Of a DNA stretch of 64,000 nucleotides, positions 39,411 through 50,457 are shown piece after piece. The translations under genes and the position numbers were made by a program. The DNA lies in NCBI GenBank assembly GCA_964106645.2, contig OZ067041.1. One strand, written 5' to 3'. The first letter of the stretch is position 1. Each line of letters starts with the position of its first letter. The DNA is from Podarcis pityusensis. Lineage: Eukaryota. The notes under the pieces are model-generated. The model was not told the origin of the DNA. It did no database searches and saw only the letters and a program-made list of their open reading frames with translations.

Positions 39411-39479
39411 TGGGGATTCTTGAAGGCCCTGATAAACTCCCAGGGCTAAAGGTTTGACTTTCCTGGTTATTTCTGTGCT
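39411..39479 (-). CDS. Uncharacterised CAP-Gly protein, symmetric (skippable) exon
   Basis: 69 nt, phase 1 to 1. EHRNNQESQTFSPGSLSGPSRIP. Acceptor catttttccaag, donor gtacgt. Confidence 0.55.
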
Positions 39480-39639
39480 CTTGGAAAAATGATATGGAGT
39501 TGCCAAAAGCACATTCGTTCAAATAATAAGATATACCACTACAGATATATTGTGACAACTCCAAGGATGAAAATAATAGTTAAATCTATTGGTCAGATAA
39601 GAATAGATAAGATAAGAATGGTCAGATAAGATAACCCTG

Positions 39640-39959
39640 AGATAATCTTCTGAGGCCCTTCTTTGTGTGCCTCCTCCACAACAGGTCCAGAGGGTGGCAA
39701 CACAAGAATGGGCCTTCTCTGCAGTGGCTTCCCATCTGTGAAATGCTCTCCCCAGGGAAGTTTGCCTGGTGCCTTCATTATACAACTTTAGGCGCCAGGC
39801 AAAAACATTCCTCTTTAACCAGGCCTTTGGTTGATTTGATTGACATCCTATGCCCTTTTACAAATATGGTGTGTGTGTGTGTATGTGTGTTACTGGGTTG
39901 TTGTTTTATTTTGATTATGTACTTTATGGTTTTATATTCATGCAGGCATATGGCAGTAT

Positions 39960-40007
<48 letters not shown>
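39640..40007 (+). mobile_element. LINE (L2/CR1-group) 3' fragment ending in an (AAT)n tail
   Basis: GGCCTTCTCTGCAGTGGCTTCCCATCTGTGAAATGCTCTCCC...GGCAAAAACATTCCT resembles the recurrent squamate LINE 3' end. About 15 AAT units at 39963-40007. A reverse-complement relative lies at ~1120-1335. Confidence 0.65.
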
Positions 40008-40564
40008 TAAATTGGACTCCCAGCTCCAAGGTTAGTCTTTTCTTCAGTTGTCTGTCTGAATGCCTTTATGATAATGTAAAATCCTTACATAGCCATCACA
40101 TTTTGTGGCTGTTTTGCCAGTACTGAAAACAGTATGTTGACCAATGTTCCTTTCCCCCATATTGGACGAATGCAGGGAGTCTACACTTTTGAGGTTCTTA
40201 ATTTATCCCAATCCAATAAAGCATGCAGATGCATTACTAAAAGCAATAACACCCAAGCTCAGAATTTTTCCTATATTTTGGGTCCACTGAAATCTGGCAT
40301 GTTTTGTGGGGAAAGGCCATAAAAAATAATGAATAATATCCAAAGCAAGGAATGTTTGGAGGAAGTATTTCACAACTCTAAGCAGCCAAATAGATCTTAC
40401 TTTTCACTGACTGCATAAAAAGAAAGCTGAAAACAGAAAACCAATTAAGTGATTTTTCTTTCCATATGAAGATTCATGGGAACATGCAGTATACTTTTTT
40501 ATTCTTTTCTGTGCTAACAAGGCAAAATAAGAAGATGTGCAATTGCATATTTTAATTACCATAC

Positions 40565-40690
40565 CTTTTAAGTCTCTGTTTTCTTTTGCTAGCCCTGTGT
40601 CACAGTATCCAGAAATCAGAAATTCTGTAGATTCACTATTTATGGATGATGGGGAAGAAGCATTTTTCCTAGAACGTTCTTGTATCTTTT
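40565..40690 (-). CDS. Uncharacterised CAP-Gly protein exon
   Basis: 126 nt, phase 1 to 1. EKIQERSRKNASSPSSINSESTEFLISGYCDTGLAKENRDLK. Acceptor tttttatctag, donor G|gtatgg. Confidence 0.8.
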
Positions 40691-42323
40691 CTAGATAAAA
40701 ATAAAAGCCTTGCTTATTATCAAATTCTGCTTAGATGTTTTAGATATTATAAAGCAATAATATTTCATTCAGTCAATCTTTTTAAATCACTGTTGATGCA
40801 GTCTATTAAAACTAAACTATTTTTTATTAAGCACTGATGCTTTAATTATTAAAATGATGTATTTTCAAAAAGTGAAATGTCTTTTCCGTTTGTTGGTTGA
40901 ATGTCTTCTGAAAGAGCAACTTCCTGCTTTATTATTAGTATTTTAAATTAAGATGTGAGAAATACACTTTGGCTTTAGTATAGCTGGGAACAGAATTGTC
41001 TTACTTATCACAGATGCCACATTTAAAATAAACTGTAATCAAATGAGTAACATTAGATACGCATTGGAAGAACTTAATGTAAAATAAATATACAAACTGC
41101 TGCTAGTTGCACTGATCTTCAAGCACTTTTAGTTTTAAGAAAGCTATTTTATAGCTATTTGCCATGATTCAGCATTGCTGTGACCGCAGTAGAAAGTTGA
41201 AGTCCCTTTTCTGTAGTGCTGGATCTCTTTTTGCTAACCATCAACTCTGACAGTATTAATTACCTGTTGAGGGTTAATCACCTTTACAGTTAATCAACAA
41301 ATACCTCTTCTGGCATTTCGAATTCCAATAAAGATTTGTTTTGGTGAATTTCACTGTGGTAGTATTGGTGTTAATGTTATAGCTTTGCCTCGGATAATTT
41401 ATAAATACTTGGGATAATTGTTGAGGGTATAAAGATGTACCTAATGACTAGAGACAAGATCTTTTAAAATGAAAACAGTCATTCTGGGCACAAACACAGA
41501 GGCAACCCAGAATGATGAGGTGATGTATATCTCAGACCTTTCTCTCCATGATAGGATTCATATTGAAGTTGGTGGTTGAAATCAAGTTCACTGTCACTAT
41601 ATCTTCAGTGATTATGATTATTGTTATTATTGTTATTATTATTGAAAACCTGTTAAATGCACTTTATCCTCTTAAGAAACCCCAGTACCAGGTCTATCTG
41701 ATTGCATGGCGAGTAGCAACTATTTTTTATATATCAGCCAGTGCACAATAGTGATGGATAGGGGCCTGTTATAGTCAGTCTTCCTCCTGTATTAGTTACA
41801 TTGCAGTGGACACATGATGAACCCATGCAGAAGAATGGGCTCAATGAGCAGTGGTGTAGCATGAGTTGCCAGCGCCCGGGGCCACACAGAGAGGGGGTGG
41901 GAGTGAGGGAAACGGACAGAGTATGCATGCACATTCAACTGCCTAATGGCATCTGCATCGCCCAGAAGATCACAGCTGCAGAGACAAGAAGAGTCGTTCC
42001 ATTGTCTGCAGAGGTCACTTCCTAGTTTGCACAGAGGAGCCATTTTCAACAGAGCCCAGTGATGGAACTGTGAATTGAGGCAGCTGTATTGAGGTGTTGA
42101 AATTTTGTGCCCCTAACAATTATGCACCTGGGACAACTGCCTCTGTGCCTGCCCATGCTACGCTACTGCCATGAAGCTCTGCTATAAAGTCATTGCTCAA
42201 AAGTAGCTGGTGTTAATGTTGTTAATGAGATGTGGCCTCCTATCTTTGCTGGAGCAACATACTGGGCTGTTTACTGATCATCGTAAGAACCCAAGCAATA
42301 TACCATAATGGTGGTTCCTTTAC

Positions 42324-42531
42324 CATCCTGTTTGTCAGCAACTGTATGCACGAGCCATTCATATTTCCTCTTTACATCCCATAGCTCTTCTTTCAGCCTG
42401 TGGTTTTCCTCATTCAGCTGGTGGCCGATTTCCCTCAGTCTCCTGGACTCAGCTCTTAGCTCACAAATCTCTTCATGCAAGGTCTGCTCATAAGTGTCTA
42501 CTGGATCATGTCTGCTGTGCATCCTATTGAT
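42324..42531 (-). CDS. Uncharacterised CAP-Gly protein, coiled-coil exon 2
   Basis: 208 nt, phase 0 to 1. INRMHSRHDPVDTYEQTLHEEICELRAESRRLREIGHQLNEENHRLKEELWDVKRKYEWLVHTVADKQD, with a heptad pattern. Alternative donor at 42304. Confidence 0.9.
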
Positions 42532-43192
42532 CTTTAGAGGGGGAAGAATTAGTTTAAATTGTGTTTTGATTCTTGATCATGAAGGAGGAAAGCAATAAAG
42601 AGTAGAAATCAACATATAAGAAATCAATTGTTTAAAGCAGAACTGATCACTTCTGAACTGCTGTAATTCCCAGGTTGGTTAAAGTTTTGCCTAATGGATT
42701 ATATTCATGTGCAGAGAAATTGCACAATGCACCCTACCTGGTCTTGTGCCAATGCAGACTGCAGGACAGGTTCTTATGTTTGAATTTCCCATGTAAAAAT
42801 AAATTCTAAGTCACATAAAATATTGCACGTCGCTTAGAGTTGCCGTGGCAAAGTAAGTGAACAACGAATTTAATAAACAAACAAACCAAACATGCAAGTA
42901 AAAAGGCCAGAACATTTTCTCTTCTGTGGTCCTTTTCTGCATGCAGTGAGTTTATCATTCTTTACGGCAGGGTTTAGCAGTGAATGTGTAAAATATGCAA
43001 TTATTTTATAAAACATTTAGGAGACAAATACATACTAAGAATGTTTAAGCTCACAGTCGTAGGCATAAAACAAATGAATATCACCCGTTGACTAATTATA
43101 GCTTTGGTTACTGTTTGATACATGATTAAATATATATTACCTGTCTTCTACCCCACTTAAAGAAAAACACAGGTTTAAAATTAAAGTATATA

Positions 43193-43810
43193 CCGTATTT
43201 TTCGCTCTACAGGACGCACTTTTCCCCCTTCTAAAATGAAGGGGAAATGTGTGTGCGTCCTATGGAGCGAAGACGCCATAGCCCCGCGACCCTCTCCCGG
43301 CTGGAGAGGTGACGCGCGGCTATGGCAGGAGCCTCTATAGCCGTGCATCACCTCTCCAGCTGGGAGAGCGCGCGCGGGGCTAAAGCAGCCCCCCGCGACC
43401 CTCTCCCGGCAGGAGAGGTGACGCGCGGCTATGGCAGGAGCCTCTCCGCTGTGCCTTTCCGCTGCTCCCTGACCTGCTCTTTGGGGCTGGTGGTGGGCTT
43501 CCCCCCGCCAGCCCCAAAGAGCAGGTCGAAAGGAACCTGAAGCCTGGAGAGCGAGAGGGGTCAGTGCACACCAACCCCTCTCGCTCTCCAGGCTTCCAAG
43601 GTAGCCGCCTGAATGCCCCTTAAACGGCACCTTGTTTTAGAGCGGGAAAACAAGAGGGGGAAAGTTCTCCCCCTCTCTGCGCAGCGCCTCCTGCCGCTTC
43701 GCTGAAGGGGCGCTGGGCAGAGAGGGGGGGGATTTTTTTTTCTTGTTCTCCCCCCTCTAAAACAAAGTCCGTCCTATTGTCCGGTGCATCCTATGGTGCG
43801 AAAAATACGG
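43193..43810. mobile_element. Tc1/mariner (pogo-like) non-autonomous element with internal repeats
   Basis: Perfect 13-bp TIRs CCGTATTTTTCGC ... GCGAAAAATACGG, TA flanks, CpG-rich interior. Confidence 0.9.
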
Positions 43811-43845
43811 TAAGTTATAATAAAGGATTGTCTCAGACCCCTTAC

Positions 43846-44021
43846 CTTTTTCTTCAGATTAAGATTTTCTTCGTTAGAGTCTGCTAACTTCTGCATATAG
43901 TCAGATTTTAATTGAGCCATTTCATTCTTCAGTTGTGAAATCTCCTCATCTGCCTTTGCTAGCTCTAAGACCGCAGTCTCATTGGCTTCTTGAAGATCGG
44001 TGATCTGGCTTTTAAGGTTTA
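43846..44021 (-). CDS. Uncharacterised CAP-Gly protein, coiled-coil exon 1
   Basis: 176 nt, phase 1 to 0. VNLKSQITDLQEANETAVLELAKADEEISQLKNEMAQLKSDYMQKLADSNEENLNLKKK. Donor AAG|gtaagg. Confidence 0.92.
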
Positions 44022-44811
44022 CTGTGTATCAATATGCAAAAATATTCAGTATGCATCGTCTAGTCACATTTAAGGCCTATTGTGCTTAAGACTTTAATGC
44101 AAGATACACTTACCTGGGGAGTAAGTCTCACTGAGCTTATTTCTCAGTAGACGTGCATAGGATTGCAACTCTCCTACTGAAATAAAAGGGACTTCAAAAT
44201 ACTTAGCTTGCATCCCAGGACTACACTTGTTTCTCAGAATGAATTAAAAGTGTGCATAAAAATACAGCCTTGATTGAATGGTGCCTAGTATTTGTAAAGG
44301 CATAGGATACGCACTTTGCGCAAAAGACTCATGCACTGCAGGGGTCGAACCAGATGACCCTCAGTGTCCCCTCCAACTCTGCAATTCTATGACTTTGACT
44401 TTGAGTACAGTTTTGGGGGAAAATTGTACAGCTTGAAATGGTTTGGGGTGGAAAGTTTGTTTACTTGAGTGCATTTAGAGATTTTAGCGGGGAAGGGGGA
44501 AATAATGCATTAAGATGATGCTTAAATTTATTGCCATAGTGTTGGCTGTTTGTAGTCAGTGTTAACCAATCAGTTGTGGGATTGTAGTGGTGCCGATAAC
44601 CTGAACACTCATCCTATAGTACTTAGAAGGAGTAGAACATGGTTTCAAGGTTTTTCTAAAATGCTATTTGAACTTTCACAGAAATTAATAAATGTGGATC
44701 ATCATGTGGACTGATGCATATAAAAACCAATTAGCACACATTCAAATGGAAATTAAAATAAAGGCACTGAATGTTGAATGATGAAATTAACAAGCCTACA
44801 TGACTTCATAC

Positions 44812-44899
44812 CAATCTGTTGCTGTAGAATTCCGGGAGAGTTGCATTCAAATTTTGGCAGGCTACAAGTTGACAGCTCTTCATTAAGAAATTCTATCTC
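44812..44899 (-). CDS. Uncharacterised CAP-Gly protein exon
   Basis: 88 nt, phase 0 to 1. EIEFLNEELSTCSLPKFECNSPGILQQQI. Acceptor is a long poly-T followed by AG, donor G|gtatga. Confidence 0.87.
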
Positions 44900-46339
44900 C
44901 TAAAAAAAAAAAAAAAAAATTGCATTAGTTTGTTCATTTGAAACATTCCAGTTTCAAAAACCACATTTTTTATTACACGGAGAAGATAAAAATATGGCAT
45001 TCTATTTGTAATTCTGAATATGTGAATTCTGAATTCTTAATATGTGCTTTCCCCATACTTCTGAGTTTTCTAAATTGATGTCTTACAATATATCTATATA
45101 AAGTCACACATACTTATATCCATCTGTGTGTGTGAGACACACACACACACACACACACATGAATGATGCAAACAAGTGGAGGCACTAACAATAAATGATT
45201 GGATTGATAAAATCTGGGAGTTTGCAACAACAGCAAAATTGGGACAACCTCTAAGAACAAAGGAAATAACAAGATATTTGAATACTGTATAATGCATTTT
45301 TTACATTCTTGCTTATAGTATGCCTCATCCTATCAATGAATATGAAATAAGTTCTCTATGTTCACTTTTGACTGAGCCTTCTTTGTAATTTAGGAAGAAA
45401 AACCCTGATCTATTATCTTGTATCTTATGTTTTTTATTATTAAGCTTTTATTTTTTCCACAAATTTACTTTGCATACTGGCATTCCCATACTTGTAAAAA
45501 TCGTCATTGTTATATTTTGAGAGTTCAAGTATTTATTTGGATAGCTTTTGTTTATTTTTGGTGTGGTATGCTATCTCTTAGATTCATTACTGGATAAAAC
45601 CTGTGGTTTTTCCATACCCATCCATTAGTTTGTTTAGCTGAGAAAACGTAAAGCTTAGAATTTTTGTCTTTGACTTTTGTTGCTCTGATTACTTTTCTTT
45701 TTTTCATTACTGGCTATGCGGTGGCATATAAGTGTTAAATACAAAAAAGTGATTTCTCTCCTCTCTATGTTTTCTTTTTACCCTTCTGTTCTTAAAGTTT
45801 CTGTGTGATAAGCTCCTAAAAACCTGTGCTTACAGCCCTCACTAAGAGTCTGCAGCAACTCACTCATTGGACTATTTTTATCTCTTGAGTTCCTGCCATT
45901 GCCATCTGTTTAGTGTACAATCAAGATTATCTATTTCGGAAGCATTTCAGTTCACTTGACTTGCCACTCCCCTGTTCAGAAGTCAAATCACGCAAGTACA
46001 CAACCGCTTCATTAATCTATTCAATCAATTGTTCTTTAAGTATACTGTATAATATGGAGGGAGGAAGCATAGGAATGGGGAATTACACGGTTTTTATTTC
46101 CCATGCCCCCACTTCTTTTAGAAGGTTTTGCTGGTGAGTTAATTGTAGCTTCACTCCTGCAGCTGTCATATGCCTATTTAAGAACAGAGCATTCTCTATT
46201 CGTTTTTGAATTTCATAGTATGCCAGAACTAAGGATAACAGCAAAGTGAAAGTGTTTCAGTTGATGAAGATGTTGACCTGGTGTGTGTAGAAAAGGAATG
46301 GAAAATAAAACTGCTGGTATCAGAACGCTGGTCTACTGA

Positions 46340-46870
46340 TCTGTGGTGTGACCACATTTGGAATATTCCGTACAGTTCTGGTACTCAAAAAGGATATTGC
46401 CAAGTTGGAAAAGGTCCTGAAAGGGGAGAAAGAGGTGCCATGACAGATGTTTACAAAATTACACGTGGCATGGAAAAAGTGGATAGAGAGAGGTCTTTCT
46501 CCCGCACTTATACGCTAGAACTCATGGAGATTCAATGAAGCTGGACTCAATGAAGGTTCAGGACAGGTAAAAGAAAGTACCTCTTCACTCAGTGCATAAA
46601 CAATAGGCCATGAAGCTGGATAGTTTTAAAAGGGGATGAGATAGATAAGGCTATCAGTGGCTACAAGCCATGATGGCTATGCTTTGCCTCCACCGTTGGA
46701 GGCAGTAATGCCTTTGAATACCAGTTGCTGGAAGCCACAGGATGGGAGAGTGCTTGTGCTCCAGTCATGTTTGGGGCTTTCCCACAGGCATTCAGATGGC
46801 TGCTTTGAGAATAGGATGCTGTACTAGATGGGCCATTGGCCTGATCCAGCAGGCTCTTCTTATGTTCTTA
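46340..46870 (+). mobile_element. CR1 LINE 3' fragment
   Basis: Degenerate CR1 RT C-terminus (…TDVYKITRGMEKVDRE…) and the 3' end GGCCTGATCCAGCAGGCTCTTCTTATGTTCTTA. Confidence 0.8.
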
Positions 46871-46915
46871 TAATGAAAGAAACTATATATATATAAAAAC
46901 ATGCAAATCGTTCAC

Positions 46916-47080
46916 CTTCCCATAAAGTTTGCCATCATCTGCGTGTGGACTCTGTCCATTCAACAGTACTTGACGTTTAGCCTGCACATTCTTCATGGGT
47001 TGATGAAATTCCTGTTTGTTCTCATCTGGAGATTTCAGCAGAAACTCTGACATTGCAGGAGACCTTCCTTTCTTTGTTAA
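46916..47080 (-). CDS. Uncharacterised CAP-Gly protein exon
   Basis: 165 nt, phase 0 to 0. LTKKGRSPAMSEFLLKSPDENKQEFHQPMKNVQAKRQVLLNGQSPHADDGKLYGK. Strong pyrimidine tract, donor AAG|gtgaac. Confidence 0.85.
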
Positions 47081-47678
47081 CTAACAAAAAAGGGAAAAAA
47101 GAAAGTCAAGAAGAAATTTCAAGTGTTTAATTTAATTTGTGCTGTGTAATGAGAACTGTTGCATGGTCCTGTATATTGTGACGCGTGCTGTATGTATTAA
47201 GAATAAAGCTCTTTTGTTTAAAAAACAAACAAACAAACCTGTGCATTTATACAGTATACAAAGATTGCATTTGTATATTATTATTATTTTTACTACTACT
47301 GAATTGATAGGATACTTTTCAGCTCCTCTGTGGTCCAGGTCCATTAAGCAGCTTATAGTTAACACAATACAAAACCCCCACAAAGATTATGAAATTATGA
47401 CAACTCTAATCCATATCTATGCAACATAAATGGTTCAAAAGAGCAAGTCAGGTGTTCATATACTAGATTCAAACTTCAGAAGTTTAGCCCTGTCTTGTGG
47501 CACCCTAAAGACTAAGAACTTCAACCTTGTTATTTCCAACAATCCTTAAAGAAAAACATTTTTTTTTACCATCTGAAATATGAACATTGAATATCTGAAA
47601 TATATGAATGATTAAAGCTTCTTATCGTATAAACAGCACAAAACTGAAGAACGATATACATTTAAACTTAGATGGTAC

Positions 47679-47716
47679 CTTCACTGCTGAGAAAAAGTCT
47701 GTGATTAGACATGTTA
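47679..47716 (-). CDS. Uncharacterised CAP-Gly protein, small exon
   Basis: 38 nt, phase 1 to 0. VTCLITDFFSAVK. Acceptor tttcatttacag, donor AAG|gtacca. Confidence 0.55.
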
Positions 47717-48471
47717 CTGTAAATGAAACACAGCAAGTGGATTGTTAAAACCATAACAAAGGATACGCTTCTCACATATCCATATAAAGCTTGCTTTATA
47801 ACCCTCAATTTGCTGATATCCATATATACTAATCTTTTGAAGATAAAGAAACTGCAGTGGTTGTAGGGTTCAGTAAAAACTTAGTGAAGATAATAAACAA
47901 ATGCAACATAAAAGTATCATTGGGGAAAATTCAGAGTGCTACAATGTAAGTGTGCTCAAAATGAGAAAAAGAGCAGAGAAATGCAAAATCTTGAAAACAC
48001 CAAACAGTTATATACATTCAGACAAAAATCCATGAAGTCTGCATTATACAAAGAGCTCCTAAATCTTGCATTGGTGAAACCAGTAAAAAATACTTCAGTT
48101 TCTGTAAAAAGAAAACAACGGTAGTGGCAGATAATCTTGATTTGGATTCTTCACATAAGCATAAGCATATATTTTGTGCTTCAGACATTGACTGAAATGT
48201 TTTATCACAGAGAAAGGGTTATTTTAAATATGTTGCTACCATATTTAATTTATGGTTGCTACCATAGTTTTTGTTTAGTGCTTGATGACGGCTCTATTCA
48301 TATTTTATAAAAAGAAAACCTTAATTTAACAGCACTTTACCATTTTACCTCTGCCGTTTTTTCTGGTTGGCCGGCTTTCATGATTCCACATCCAGCATCC
48401 CCAACAATCCTTGTGTAATGTCACTGCCCTCCATTTACATCAGAAAAGAGCTTTTGTGTTGGGAATCTAAC

Positions 48472-48538
48472 CATCATCAGGCCAGAAGGCAAGGCTATTG
48501 TCAAGAGGCACAGCTTGAGCAGCTGCTGCTGCAGCAGC
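48472..48538 (-). CDS. Uncharacterised CAP-Gly protein, small exon (tentative)
   Basis: 67 nt, phase 0 to 1. AAAAAAAQAVPLDNSLAFWPDD. It is needed to put the 38-nt exon in phase, although both could be skipped together in frame. Confidence 0.45.
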
Positions 48539-49389
48539 CTGGTTTAGCATGTCCAATGCAAAGAAAACAATGGAAAAAAGGAGGAAGCACTGGAGCTTGT
48601 AGAAAGATGTTCAAACACCTGGAATTTCTTCCTTCTCCCCGCTACCATCACCAGTGCTGCTTTTTGGAAGTTTTACATTTTAGTGCAGAGGCACATATAC
48701 CATTCAGACTTCAAAAAAATATTTGACCCTTCCAGTCTGCATGTAATCAAAACTATCACATATAAACAACCATAGTAACATTTACAAATATTTTCCTCAT
48801 TTTATGCTCTATTTTATGGGTTTCCATGGATTTCCTTTTAAAGACTTGAACTATTTGCAGATACCTAGAAGGCAAGTATAAATTGACCATATCATGCAAT
48901 AGCTGGGGCTGCTAATTATAGGCTGAATACAGCGTCCATTGTCATTAACCAAAACATACTATCCTCACACATTGCTTATTGAACTGTGGTATATGAGATG
49001 TATTTGGGCCAGCCAAACTAGAGGCAAACCTATCATTTTCAAATAAAGTACTAGTTCACAATTGATCCTCCCAAACACACATCTTAAGAAAAGGAAGTCA
49101 AGTATATTCTATTTTTTTAATGTCACCTCTCTGGAGTTTTTTTTTGAGGGAGATATTTTTGTTTTTTTCATTTCATATGCCAGGAACTTTATGCCTTCTT
49201 TCCCGATTGCCACTGTCAGTTATTTTATTATGAATGTCTTGCACAACCAAGGTTACAAGGACGAGCCCTTTCCACATATATATAGTTTGGATACTAATGA
49301 TTAGTAAATAAGCTGAACCACCATATCCAAACCTTCATGTTCCAAGTTTATCCCACGAAGCTGAATGTTGGAATATAACATAGTTAAAC

Positions 49390-49680
49390 TGTCGAATTCA
49401 CTCCCACAAGACGTAATGATGGCCAACAACGTGAGTTGCTTTAAAAGGGAACAGATGAATGGGTGATAAGGCTATCAAAGGCTACTTGCCATGATGGCTA
49501 TGTTTCTTCCTCCACAGTTGGAAGCAATCGGACTCTGAATACCAGTTGCTGGGAATCACCCATGGGGAGAGTGCTCTTGGGACCTCTTTGCAGCATCCCA
49601 TGGGCATCTGGTTTGCCATTATGAAAACAGGATGCTATGATGGATCTTTGGCATGATTTGGCAGGATTCTTATGTGCTTA
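49390..49680 (+). mobile_element. CR1 LINE 3' fragment
   Basis: Closely resembles the 3' half of the 46340-46870 copy (GATAAGGCTATC...GAATACCAGTTGCTGG...TTCTTATGTGCTTA). Confidence 0.75.
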
Positions 49681-49687
49681 GGAGTTA

Positions 49688-49946
49688 CCGTATTTTTTGC
49701 TCTATAAGACGCACCAGACCACAAGACGCACCTAGTTTTTGGAGGAGGAAAACAAGAAAAAAAATATTCTGAATCCCAAAAGCCAGAACAGCAAGAGGGA
49801 TCGCTACGCAGTGAAAGCAGAAATCCCTCTTGCTGTTCTGGCTTCTGGGATAGCTGCACAGCCTGCATTTGCTCCCTAAGTTGCACACAAATTTCCCCTT
49901 ACTTTTTAGAAGGGGAAAAGTGAGTCTTATAGAGCAAAAAATATGG
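49688..49946. mobile_element. Tc1/mariner-type MITE with internal palindrome
   Basis: TIRs CCGTATTTTTTGCTCTATAAGAC ... GTCTTATAGAGCAAAAAATATGG with TA flanks. Internal inverted repeat AAGCCAGAACAGCAAGAGGGA / TCCCTCTTGCTGTTCTGGCTT. Confidence 0.9.
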
Positions 49947-50023
49947 TAATATGCATAAAGTCCAGAAACATATGTAACATTTGAATTTATATGACACTAA
50001 AGAAAACAATTTTTTTAAAATAC

Positions 50024-50142
50024 CTTGTGATGATAAGAATTGCCTTCCCAACCATTTGACACGGCGATATTATGTAAGTTATTTGCTGATGCAGCAGCTG
50101 TCCAAAGCTGGTCAGTCAAACTTGAATCTTTTCTATCAGCTG
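50024..50142 (-). CDS. Uncharacterised CAP-Gly protein exon
   Basis: 119 nt, phase 1 to 0. AADRKDSSLTDQLWTAAASANNLHNIAVSNGWEGNSYHHK. Acceptor tcctttttcag, donor AAG|gtattt. Confidence 0.78.
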
Positions 50143-50235
50143 CTGAAAAAGGACATGTGAAGAACATTACGCAACTGAATCGTTCGTTCGTTCATTCAAA
50201 GAACCTAGTTAATTGTCCTAGTTACCTGAGTTATG

Positions 50236-50443
50236 AGCTGGCCTGCTTAAATGTTCTGGGAGCAGACCTGAGTGGAGACTAGGGCAGCAAGGGCAGCTCC
50301 CTGTCGTCCCCCCCAGCCAATGCGGATTGGTTCAGAATTCAAATCTGGGTCTGGTGGGACCCCAGAATGCACCATGACGGCCAGGTGGATGGGTTGTGTG
50401 TGAAGGAGCCACCACGCCAGGTCACAACCACTACCCACCCATG
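50236..50443. mobile_element. 208-bp insertion of unknown family flanked by 24-bp direct repeats
   Basis: ATTGTCCTAGTTACCTGAGTTATG is identical at 50212-50235 and 50444-50467. The insert is GC-richer than its flanks. Confidence 0.75.
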
Positions 50444-50457
50444 ATTGTCCTAGTTAC

